The notes beneath the pieces are model-generated. The model ran no database searches. It saw only the letters and a list, made by a program, of their open reading frames with translations, and was not told where the DNA came from. Shown here in pieces: positions 10,135-18,482 of a stretch of 64,000 nucleotides of DNA; within the stretch, counting starts at the first letter, position 1; every line of letters begins with the position of its first letter. The stretch is taken from contig JANRIL010000023.1 of NCBI GenBank assembly GCA_033764955.1, positions 1-64,000 of the forward strand. The letters are read 5' to 3'. Position numbers and translations under genes: made by a program. This DNA comes from Cyanobacteriota bacterium (lineage in GTDB: Bacteria; Cyanobacteriota; Cyanobacteriia; Thermostichales; Thermostichaceae).

Positions 10135-10695
10135 CTATTTTAGAAGCTGAGGGAAATGGGTTTGTAAATAGGCTCGATAACCTGTTTGTTGTAGCTCCGC
10201 TTCTTTATCGAAAACCATCTGCTGTAACTGCTGGCGATAAAGCTGCACCTGTGCCATGAGATGGGGATATTGCAAGCCTAAAATTTGGATAGCTAAAAGT
10301 CCGGCGTTTTGAGCATTGCCAATCGCTACCGTGGCCACAGGGATCCCTCTAGGCATCTGCACAATCGCATAGAGGGCATCAAGTCCCTGGAGCATTCCTC
10401 CAGGTACGGGGACGCCAATCACAGGTAAAGGGGTGAGGGCAGCCACCATTCCTGGTAAGTGGGCGGCTCCTCCCGCTCCGGCGATAATGACACGGATCCC
10501 CTCTTGGTGAGCAGTTTTGGCATAACTAACCATGGCTTCAGGCGTGCGGTGGGCGCTCAAAAAATGCACATGATGCCTGACGGCAAACTGTTCACAGATA
10601 GCAATCGCGGCGCTCATGACGGGCAAGTCAGAGTCACTGCCCATCACAATAGCGATGATGCCGGGGGAGGGATCAGGAGGAGGGGGAAGAGTCAT
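10135..10695 (-). CDS. purE: N5-carboxyaminoimidazole ribonucleotide mutase
   Basis: IVMGSDSD, SAHRTP, IAGAGGAAHLPGMVAA, IVQMPRGIPVATVAIG. Confidence 0.97.
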   Translation of the reverse strand: MTLPPPPDPSPGIIAIVMGSDSDLPVMSAAIAICEQFAVRHHVHFLSAHRTPEAMVSYAKTAHQEGIRVIIAGAGGAAHLPGMVAALTPLPVIGVPVPGGMLQGLDALYAIVQMPRGIPVATVAIGNAQNAGLLAIQILGLQYPHLMAQVQLYRQQLQQMVFDKEAELQQTGYRAYLQTHFPQLLK

Positions 10696-10788
10696 GAGTT
10701 GGGAGGGTTACCGAACAGGCATGTAGTGGGGGTCAGATGGCTGGGCTTGCGGATGGTTCCCAATCACACGAGGGATCCCGCGGCTACC

Positions 10789-11886
10789 TTAAATCATCCG
10801 TTTTACGGCGGCACGCTGCAAGCGGTCAGCGATGGCATGTCCTAGCCCATTCATAGAGGGAGAGGGTTCGCTGACGATGATATGGGCGGGGCTTTCATCC
10901 AAGGTACGCAAACTGGCAAACAGACCACGAGCGGCGGCGGGCAAGTCTTCAACTCCACTCAAGAGACTGACGGTGACGGGCTTTCGCCAAGGATCTGCAA
11001 GATCGAGCACGGCATCCCCTGGCTGGACGAACCGTAAAACACCCAGATGGGGGTAAGGATCCAGTTTCTCCCGCCATATCTGCCAATCGTTTTCGGTAAA
11101 GTGCGCCAGCGGCTTGGGCAACAGCAACAGCGGTTTTTGGGGGGCATAATGGCTGGTCAACCGACCTGGGGATCCTTGGCTGGCTTCGCTGTTGGGTAGG
11201 TGCAGAGGCTCACCCCAAACCGCTGCGATCTGCTCGCTGGCTAACCCTCCTGGGCGCAATAACCAAGGGATCCCCTGGAGATCAATGCGAATCACCGTGG
11301 ACTCCAGCCCCACCTGGCAGGATCCTCCATCTAGGATGCAAGGGATCCGTCCAGCTAACTCGGCCAAGACAGCCTGGGCTGAGGTGGGACTGATTCGTCC
11401 AAACCGATTGGCGCTGGGAGCCGCCAGAGGAGTTTGGCTAGCTTGTAAAACCGCTTGAGTAATGGGGTGTTTGGGTATCCGCAACGCCACATCCCCCAAG
11501 CCACTGGTGACCAAATCAGCGACACGGGAAGTTTTGGGGAGAACTATCGTCAATGGCCCTGGCCAAAAGCAATGGAGAAGGTGGTCAATTTTTTGTCGGG
11601 TTGATGCAGAAAAATCACTGAGGTTAACTAACTGCAAATCCTCTTCTAAATAGGTGAGAAAGGATCCCTTTTGATTGAGAGAAATATGCACAATTAAGGG
11701 ATCAAAAGTGGGGCGTTCTTTGCTGGCAAAGATCTGACTAATGGCATGAAGATTAGTGATATCTCCAGCCAATCCATAGACGGTTTCGGTGGGAATAGCA
11801 ACTAAATTTCCCTCCCTCAACAGTCGGGCAGCTTCAGCGATTCCTGTCGGAGTGGGATCCAGAATTTGAGTGGCCAACATACCCAT
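10789..11886 (-). CDS. sua5: L-threonylcarbamoyladenylate synthase, Sua5 type (YrdC + SUA5 domain)
   Basis: PTETVYGL, KERPTFDPLIVH, FWPGPLT, AAPSANRFG, GLEST, PGRLTSHYAP, AIADRLQRAA. Confidence 0.93.
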   Translation of the reverse strand: MGMLATQILDPTPTGIAEAARLLREGNLVAIPTETVYGLAGDITNLHAISQIFASKERPTFDPLIVHISLNQKGSFLTYLEEDLQLVNLSDFSASTRQKIDHLLHCFWPGPLTIVLPKTSRVADLVTSGLGDVALRIPKHPITQAVLQASQTPLAAPSANRFGRISPTSAQAVLAELAGRIPCILDGGSCQVGLESTVIRIDLQGIPWLLRPGGLASEQIAAVWGEPLHLPNSEASQGSPGRLTSHYAPQKPLLLLPKPLAHFTENDWQIWREKLDPYPHLGVLRFVQPGDAVLDLADPWRKPVTVSLLSGVEDLPAAARGLFASLRTLDESPAHIIVSEPSPSMNGLGHAIADRLQRAAVKRMI

Positions 11887-11889
11887 TCT

Positions 11890-12459
11890 TTACCCCCAAA
11901 TGCGTCTGAGATCTAAGATAAACCCTGGCAAAACCTCTTCTCCCGACAAGCTATCAGGATCCTCTAAAATCTCAGGTGTTTGTTCCGGTCGATAAATTTC
12001 CACCCGTTTATTTTTCGCATCCAACAGCCAACCCAAACGACAGCCATTATCTATGTATTCTCGCATTTTTACCTGAATATCACTAAGGGAATCAGAAGCA
12101 GAGCGTAGTTCTACCACAAAATCAGGACACAACGGCAAAAAACGACGGCGTTGTTGGGGGGTGAGTGCATTCCATTTGTCTATAGGGATCCAGGCTAAAT
12201 CGGGGGAACGATCCGCTCCGTTGGGCAGCTTAAACCCTGTGGACGAATCAAACCCCTTGCCTAAGTGAAGCTGGCGATTCCAAAGGGCTAAGTCACTGGC
12301 AATTTCAAAATTAACGTTGCCCGTTTCTCCACCCGTTGGCTCCATAATCAATAAATCTCCCTGGGCATTCCGCTCAAACTTTAATTCCCGATTGCGCTGA
12401 CACAACTCAAAAAACTGCTCATCACTCAGGGTTACCACCGGATCTAACTTGATGATCAT
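11890..12459 (-). CDS. Uma2-family (PD-(D/E)xK-like) putative endonuclease, copy 1
   Basis: GFDSSTGFKLPNGADRSPDLAW, LCPDFVVELRS, KMREYIDNGCRLGWLLD, LSGEEVLPGF; GGAGG RBS before ATG at 12459. Confidence 0.92.
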   Translation of the reverse strand: MIIKLDPVVTLSDEQFFELCQRNRELKFERNAQGDLLIMEPTGGETGNVNFEIASDLALWNRQLHLGKGFDSSTGFKLPNGADRSPDLAWIPIDKWNALTPQQRRRFLPLCPDFVVELRSASDSLSDIQVKMREYIDNGCRLGWLLDAKNKRVEIYRPEQTPEILEDPDSLSGEEVLPGFILDLRRIWG

Positions 12460-12493
12460 AAGCTTGGATCCCTCCATGCAAGCCCAGTCTTCA

Positions 12494-13063
12494 TTACCCC
12501 CAAATGCGTCTGAGATCTAAGATAAACCCTGGCAAAACCTCTTCTCCCGACAAGCTATCAGGATCCTCTAAAATCTCTGGTGCCTGTTCCGGTCGATAAA
12601 TTTCCACTCGTTTATTTTTCGCATCCAACAGCCAACCCAAACGACAGCCATTATCTATGTATTCTCGCATTTTCACCTGAATATCACTGAGGGAATCAGA
12701 AGCAGAGCGTAGTTCTACCACAAAATCAGGACACAACGGCAAAAAACGACGGCGTTGTTCAGGGGTGAGTGCATTCCATTTGTCTATAGGGATCCAAGCT
12801 AAATCGGGGGAACGATCCGCTCCGTTGGGCAGCTTAAACCCTGTGGAGGAATCAAACCCTTTGCCCAGTTGAGCCTGATGATCCCAGATGCCCAGTTGTG
12901 TGGTGAGGGCAAAATTGAGATTACCGGTTTCTCCACCCGTTGGCTCCATAATCAATAAATCTCCCTGGGCATTCCGCTCAAACTTTAATTCCCGATTGCG
13001 CTGACACAACTCGAAAAACTGCTCATCACTCAGGGTTACCACCGGATCTAATTTGATGATCAT
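12494..13063 (-). CDS. Uma2-family putative endonuclease, copy 2
   Basis: Same motifs as copy 1; GGAGG RBS before ATG at 13063; the longer N-terminus in the ORF track is probably non-coding. Confidence 0.92.
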   Translation of the reverse strand: MIIKLDPVVTLSDEQFFELCQRNRELKFERNAQGDLLIMEPTGGETGNLNFALTTQLGIWDHQAQLGKGFDSSTGFKLPNGADRSPDLAWIPIDKWNALTPEQRRRFLPLCPDFVVELRSASDSLSDIQVKMREYIDNGCRLGWLLDAKNKRVEIYRPEQAPEILEDPDSLSGEEVLPGFILDLRRIWG

Positions 13064-13302
13064 AGGCTTTGTCCTCCCGTCTACCTCTATTTTGCGTTGG
13101 AGAGATGGGAAGGGTAGCGATCCGCCCGAATCAATCCTGGCGAGGACTAGGCAAATTCCGTCTGCTCTCATATAGTTTTAATTAGAACAGTTTTATCTCT
13201 TCCAAACGAGAGGGGAACAGTTTCGATGCGACTAGCGCATCTGTCCATGTTGAATCACGACTCAAGCAAGTAAAGCTCAGACAAGCAAAGGAGATAACCG
13301 TT

Positions 13303-13542
13303 ATGACTCAGCCCGTTGTTGCCGCCACCGTGCCGAAGGTGATGACGCTGGAAGCCGGAACTTACTATTGGTGTAGCTGTGGTAGTTCCAAAAACCAGCC
13401 CTTTTGCGATGGATCCCACAAAGGAACAGAATTTAGCCCACAAGCGTTTACCCTCGAAGCGGCAGGGCAAGTGGCTTTATGTCAGTGCAAAGCCACAGGG
13501 AATGTTCCCTTTTGTGATGGATCCCACAGCAAGCTGGCCTAA
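13303..13542 (+). CDS. Tandem CDGSH iron-sulfur domain protein (MiNT-like)
   Basis: Two motifs, WCSCGSSKNQPFCDGSH and LCQCKATGNVPFCDGSH; AAGGAG RBS. Confidence 0.93.
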   Translation: MTQPVVAATVPKVMTLEAGTYYWCSCGSSKNQPFCDGSHKGTEFSPQAFTLEAAGQVALCQCKATGNVPFCDGSHSKLA

Positions 13543-13759
13543 TTTGGGTTGGATTCGCTCTCGGTTGCGCAGGAGGATCTGCTAACCGTTGGAGCACCCA
13601 TACTCTAAAAAAGGGATCCCCTGACTCCACAATCTTTAAAGACCGTGAGGAAAAGGGATCCCAATTTTGGACTCACTTGCCAAATTAACGCTGTTGAACG
13701 AAATGTAGACTTTTGGGCAGATTTTCAGGTTGTCGATCTACTAGAAAGCCACCGGTGAA

Positions 13760-14899
13760 TTAGCGGTTTTCTGGGACAGTAATTTTGCCTTGAATAATAT
13801 CCTGTTTGACCGCCTCTACCTTGCTAATCAAATCGGCAGGAATCAGTGCTTTGTTAAAGTCATCTAAGGCATAGCCCACACCATCGTTGGCTAAGCTAAA
13901 ATCCTGTAACCCGCCCTTAAAAGTTCCCTCGACAACGGCTTTAATCGAATCGTAGGTGGCCACATCCACTCGCTTGAGCATAGAGGTGAAACCATAGTTA
14001 AGAGTTTCAGGATTATTATCCGCATCTCCCAAATAATTTTGGTTCGCATCAACGCCAATAAAAAACATGGGGCGACTATCCTCACCACAAGCACTGGCAT
14101 AATCAGCCGGCTTGGGCACATCCTTAAAGGGATCCCGAATAAAGCTAACTCCACTGGGTAAATCGGCAGCCTTTAGACATTTTTCCTGTTTGACAAAATC
14201 GATCAATCCCAATCCCGATCCTCCGGCTGCCGCATAGATAATATCGGCTCCTTGGGTCTGTTGGGCGGCTGAAATCTCTTTGGCTTTGGCCGGATCATTC
14301 CAGGCGGCTGGGGTGGTGCCGACATAATTGGGAATGACTTTGCAGGTGATACCATCCTCTTTGCAGGCATACTCAACACCCGCCCGATAGCCCGCTTCAA
14401 ATCTGTGGATGAGGGGGATATCCATACCTCCCAAAAAACCCACCACACCCGTTTGGGTTTGTTTGCCCGCCAGATAGCCCACCAAAAAGGAGCCTTCTTG
14501 CTCTCGAAACACTAAGCTAGCCACATTGCTTTCTTCGGGTGAAACCGAATCAATGACCGCAAATTTGACATCCTGAAATTCTTTAGCGGTGGTGGTGATC
14601 GAGGCTTCTAAAGCAAAGCCAACCCCTACGACCAAATCAAATCCTTCTTCCGCAAATTTTCTCACCCCTTGTCCAATCTGGGAGGGATCCGTTGGCTCAA
14701 AGTCAAAGATTTCTACCTGTAAATCCTCCTTAGCTTTGGCCGCTCCCTCAGCCGCCGACTGATTAAAGCTGCGGTCGTTTTTACCCCCTTCTCCAAAAGC
14801 GATACCAATGCGTAATGCTTGGGCTTGGCCAACTTCCCCCATCCAGAAACTTACAGCTAGTGTCAATAAACCCAGTGAAACGGATTTCATTCCTTTCAT
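13760..14899 (-). CDS. BMP/PnrA-family nucleoside-binding periplasmic protein
   Basis: Signal peptide ending AQA; GGKNDRSFNQSA, FREQEGSFLVG, GADIIYAAAGGSG, IGVDANQ, TSMLKRVD. Confidence 0.88.
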   Translation of the reverse strand: MKGMKSVSLGLLTLAVSFWMGEVGQAQALRIGIAFGEGGKNDRSFNQSAAEGAAKAKEDLQVEIFDFEPTDPSQIGQGVRKFAEEGFDLVVGVGFALEASITTTAKEFQDVKFAVIDSVSPEESNVASLVFREQEGSFLVGYLAGKQTQTGVVGFLGGMDIPLIHRFEAGYRAGVEYACKEDGITCKVIPNYVGTTPAAWNDPAKAKEISAAQQTQGADIIYAAAGGSGLGLIDFVKQEKCLKAADLPSGVSFIRDPFKDVPKPADYASACGEDSRPMFFIGVDANQNYLGDADNNPETLNYGFTSMLKRVDVATYDSIKAVVEGTFKGGLQDFSLANDGVGYALDDFNKALIPADLISKVEAVKQDIIQGKITVPENR

Positions 14900-15114
14900 G
14901 TCCTAAACATTCCTTAAATGTGATGAAATGGATCCAAATATTGTGGCAGTTTTCTCAAGGATTTTACCGATTTTCGGCAGACCTGATCAGCCGCAACCGC
15001 TCTAGGATCCCCATAGACACAGACAACGAATTTAAGATGGCATCTGCAATGGCATCGTTCCCCATCGCTTATCCATCCCAATCCAACCATCCCAATCCAA
15101 CCTTAATTTTGTGC

Positions 15115-16059
15115 CTATCCTCCAAGCAATGTTGCTAGCATGTCTCGAAATGCCAATTTGTTTGCCTTGAACACAACCTCTGCATTGGCAGGCTGATTCA
15201 GAACCCCAAAGGTATCGACGAGACTATAGCCACGGGTCAGATCGCTTCGATATTCCACATCCACGAACAGACGTTTTTGTTCGATGACAAGTTCCGGATT
15301 GAGCAAGAGGGCAATGGTGAGGGAATCGGGGTGGGTAATGCCATCGATGGATCCCCCTTCTCTGTGGTGTAAATTAAAGTCCCAGACTGCACGGTTGATG
15401 GCAAAATAAAACTCACTCAGGGCAGTATTAAGCTGGTAAATTGGTTCTAGTTCATCCCGCAAAAGAGTTCCATAATTCACACATAGATCCCAGGGAACCA
15501 AAACGATCTCAAATCCGGCCTGCATGACGATATGAGCCGCTTCGGGATCCACATAAAAATTAAACTCGGCTGCTGGAGAAATGTTGCCAATAAAGTTATT
15601 GCTTCCCCCCATGATCCACAGCCGCTTAACCTTCTGGGGCAATTTAGGATCCTTCAGAAAAGCCATCGCCAGGTTGGTTAAGGGTGCTTGAGCAACAATT
15701 TCCAGTTCTCCAGACCAACGATTGGCCGTCTCAATAATCGCATCTACTCCGTGCTGAGCTTCTGGGCGTTGCTTTGCCTTCGGGAAATAAGAATTGCCCA
15801 TCCCATCCTGCCCATGCACATACTCCGCTGTCACCAATGGACGCACCAGTGGACGACTCGCCCCTGCAAAGACAGGGATCCCAGTTTTTCCCGCCACTTC
15901 CAGGGTGTAGAGAGCATTTTCCACACAGGGATCTAGGGGCAGATTGCCCGCCGCAATGGTGATGGCTTCTACCGAAGTATCCGGCCAGAGAATACCAAAT
16001 AAGATAGAAACCGCATCATCCCCAGCCGTATCGGTGTCTATTAAAAGCCGTTTCACCAT
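15115..16059 (-). CDS. Nucleoside hydrolase (IU-NH family)
   Basis: DTDTAGDDA N-terminal motif, VHGQDGMG, PLTNLA, MGGS, AEFNFYVDPEAA, HPD; ATG taken at 16059. Confidence 0.92.
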   Translation of the reverse strand: MVKRLLIDTDTAGDDAVSILFGILWPDTSVEAITIAAGNLPLDPCVENALYTLEVAGKTGIPVFAGASRPLVRPLVTAEYVHGQDGMGNSYFPKAKQRPEAQHGVDAIIETANRWSGELEIVAQAPLTNLAMAFLKDPKLPQKVKRLWIMGGSNNFIGNISPAAEFNFYVDPEAAHIVMQAGFEIVLVPWDLCVNYGTLLRDELEPIYQLNTALSEFYFAINRAVWDFNLHHREGGSIDGITHPDSLTIALLLNPELVIEQKRLFVDVEYRSDLTRGYSLVDTFGVLNQPANAEVVFKANKLAFRDMLATLLGG

Positions 16060-16170
16060 GAGTTCCAGATGTCCTGCCAAAGAGCGTCAGTCGGATGGGA
16101 TCCGTGAGGGGGAGTGCTAGAGTCAAAGCGGGTCTGCCGCTTGCCCCGTTCAGCCGACTCACCCCCTACT

Positions 16171-16728
16171 ATGCCAGCAACCACCCCGCAGGGCAAGTCA
16201 CGCCCCCTACCTATGGGATCCCCTTTTGTGGTTTTGCCCATCGCCATCAGTGTGGTGATTGGCTCCAGTCTGGCTTGGCATTGGCAACCGCACCGACAAA
16301 TTGAGGCGCACACCCAAAAATTTTTGCGATCGATTGAATCCCAGGATTGGCAGGCTATGCAAGGGTTGGTGGCGGATAGCTATCAAGATGATTGGGGCAT
16401 GGATCAAGCCGAGTTACTGGCCACTACTCGCCAACTGCTCACACCGATGCAGGGGATGCGGGTGGATCCCGTCGATATTCAAGTCACGCTCCAAACGGAG
16501 TCATCCTCCTTTCCCACCGGCAAAGCCTCGACCTTGATTGATCTGACCCGCCGAGGCAACTCCCCCCTGCCCTGGGTATCTTCTACCCAACAACAGGTTT
16601 TAGCGACGCCCTTTGGCTTTGTCTGGCAACAACAAAGCTGGCGACCCGACGATTGGCAGTTGATGAAAATCGAGAACCCTGCCCTGCAATCCCAAGATCT
16701 GGAACAGTGGCGCTCCGGAGGGCTCTAG
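16171..16728 (+). CDS. Hypothetical membrane-anchored protein, possibly NTF2/SnoaL-like fold
   Basis: Hydrophobic anchor FVVLPIAISVVIGSSLAW followed by FLRSIESQDWQAMQGLVADSYQD; start uncertain. Confidence 0.6.
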   Translation: MPATTPQGKSRPLPMGSPFVVLPIAISVVIGSSLAWHWQPHRQIEAHTQKFLRSIESQDWQAMQGLVADSYQDDWGMDQAELLATTRQLLTPMQGMRVDPVDIQVTLQTESSSFPTGKASTLIDLTRRGNSPLPWVSSTQQQVLATPFGFVWQQQSWRPDDWQLMKIENPALQSQDLEQWRSGGL

Positions 16729-16831
16729 CGGATCGCGGGGGGATCCCCCACTGAGCCAAGCAAAAAAGGGATCCCTGAATGTCAAGGGATCCCCCATTAG
16801 GATTAAGGAAGTTCATGCACTAAGGGTGAAA

Positions 16832-17173
16832 TTAGCGCAAGATTTCCCGATCAATCACGGGTTCCGTCTGGGTGACCCGATAGTATCCCGCTTGCGTCCG
16901 CAGGGAAGCCTGATAGGGAGAGGGCAAGTCTAGAGAAAACATTGGCTCTTGCGAAGCAAAGCGCTGGTTAAACAAATCGACGAAATAAGCATTCAAATCT
17001 CGGTACTGAGCCTCCACCACATCCTCAGGAAAGGCAATGGCATCAATATCATTGCCACTATCGAGAATAATGCTATCCACCGCCGACCCGACGGGATAGG
17101 TTTGGGCTTGCATGGGCGCAGCCGCCACAGCCAGAAAGACAGTACCTAAAGCTACCGTTAGTACAGAACGCAT
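16832..17173 (-). CDS. Hypothetical exported protein
   Basis: Sec-type signal MRSVLTVALGTVFLAVAAAPMQA; GAGGA RBS upstream. Confidence 0.65.
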   Translation of the reverse strand: MRSVLTVALGTVFLAVAAAPMQAQTYPVGSAVDSIILDSGNDIDAIAFPEDVVEAQYRDLNAYFVDLFNQRFASQEPMFSLDLPSPYQASLRTQAGYYRVTQTEPVIDREILR

Positions 17174-17214
17174 CGTGATCAATCCTCATGCTCTACAGTG
17201 TATTCATCAATAAT

Positions 17215-17402
17215 TCAGAAGCAGGGTTTGACTTCCCAAAGGGAGTTGTGAACTACCGAATAACTGGACTGGCTTCCCCTGAACTCTCTGCACACCTCTC
17301 CACCAGCACGGTGGGAGAAAGACCATTCGGCCTCACCCACAATTGAAAGTGATTTTACTCGACATGGCAAAATCGGCAACCGATTTGCACAGCGGCTTCT
17401 CC
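17215..17402 (-). ncRNA. Candidate structured ncRNA, 6S RNA-like
   Basis: About 188 nt intergenic; ends pair (AGAAGC/GCTTCT), GTTGCCGA pairs with TCGGTAGT, apical hairpin CTCCCACC-GTGCT-GGTGGAGAG; TAAAAT -10 at 17435-17440 on the minus strand. Confidence 0.4.
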
Positions 17403-17701
17403 AGGACTGGGTGATAGCCCTCTTCGGGTTGAGAATTTTACTATCCACCTATCCCTCTGCTTATCCAACAGTCCGTTGACAACATCCAGTTGTGAACCAG
17501 CAAAACAAGCCCAGCCCCATAGACCCATCAAACAATCCAATGATCAGAACCAACTGTTGTTAACCTTTGTTTAATAAAAATCCAGGAATTTCTTTACTAA
17601 GCATTAGCAACAGAGACTCGCAGCAATTCTTAAGGATCTTTTTGATCCCAGACGGTGAGCAAGCTTGAGCCTTTCGCTGGCTGTTTAGCAACAAAATGCA
17701 A

Positions 17702-17749
17702 ATTTTCTCACTTTGACATCGACCTGAGAAAATCGTAAAAATGGATACA
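17702..17749 (+). promoter_or_regulatory. Sigma70-like promoter overlapped by an NtcA box and flanked by a 9-bp inverted repeat
   Basis: TTGACA 17713-17718, 17-bp spacer, TAAAAA(T) at 17736; GTA-AAAATGGA-TAC 17735-17748; ATTTTCTCA 17702-17710 / TGAGAAAAT 17725-17733. Confidence 0.6.
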
Positions 17750-17957
17750 GAAAAACATTTGATTTTGCCCTCATGTTTTCTCCGATACTTTCATTATCTA
17801 TCAATGGTTTTTGGCACAACTCGCATCAAGGTTTGGGTTAGCTAGCCGCTAAGTATCGGTTTTTTTCTTGCTGATTGTCCAGATTATCCATCGGACAAAC
17901 CCTCTTTCTTTAGTTACCTTAGTTGCCCTACTTAATGTTTTCAGGAGTTCGGAACTT

Positions 17958-18344
17958 ATGAAACTCTCCTATCGTGGTGTGGATTTTGATTATTCGCCTG
18001 TTATGCCGGAATGCACCAGCCAAGAGGCTGTGGGGATGTATCGGGGACATGCCTACACTGATCCTATGATGAGGGCTACAGCGATTTTGCCTGCTGCCTA
18101 TGGTTTGAGCTACCGTGGCATTGTCTACCACCGTCCTACTGTAGCAGCGGTGGTGGTGGGCAGAGTGGAGTCACTACAGAAGTCAGGTTCCACTCGGGTT
18201 AGCAAAACCAAAGCCGAATCAGTGGCTCAAATTCACCATGACCACCTCCTGCATCGTCTGCAAAAACGGATTCGGGCGGCTGAGCAGAGAGGGGATCAGA
18301 CCTTGATCAAGATGTTGGAAGAAGAGCAGCAGCAGTTAGCTTAG
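17958..18344 (+). CDS. DUF4278-domain protein with PirA-like C-terminal helix hairpin
   Basis: MKLSYRGVDF, GMYRG and LSYRGIVY repeats; C-terminus HHDHLLHRLQKRIRAAEQRGDQTLIKMLEEE; AGGAG RBS before ATG 17958. Confidence 0.82.
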   Translation: MKLSYRGVDFDYSPVMPECTSQEAVGMYRGHAYTDPMMRATAILPAAYGLSYRGIVYHRPTVAAVVVGRVESLQKSGSTRVSKTKAESVAQIHHDHLLHRLQKRIRAAEQRGDQTLIKMLEEEQQQLA

Positions 18345-18352
18345 CCGCCGAT

Positions 18353-18390
18353 GGCGGGAGGAGTTGCCACGGTTGGCAGTTTTTCCCGCC
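18353..18390 (+). terminator. Strong stem-loop downstream of the DUF4278 gene (terminator or stabiliser)
   Basis: GGCGGGAGGAGTTGCCA-CGGT-TGGCAGTTTTTCCCGCC gives a 17-bp stem with 4 G-U pairs, so it forms fully only in the + strand RNA; lies between convergent genes. Confidence 0.65.
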
Positions 18391-18482
18391 CAGTTAACGC
18401 GAGGAGTGGGGCGCACGCCCTCAATCCAAGGGGAACATGACGCTTTGTGAAGAGATGCTTTTCACCCAGCGACGTCAAGAGA

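Larger units (their letters stand above)
11890..13063. repeat. Tandem direct duplication, period 604 bp
   Basis: 11890-12459 aligns without gaps to 12494-13063 with scattered substitutions, except one divergent block. Confidence 0.95.

Noticed and set aside
12262..12926. Uma2 variable blocks as a diversity-generating retroelement TR/VR pair
   Set aside because: Differences are not adenine-specific, both copies are intact genes, and no reverse transcriptase is in the window
13175..13200. Fur/PerR-like box upstream of the CDGSH gene
   Set aside because: Too many mismatches in AT-rich sequence to support
17750..17957. Canonical glnA (glutamine) or fluoride riboswitch in the DUF4278 leader
   Set aside because: Consensus cores not found; kept only as an unassigned structured leader
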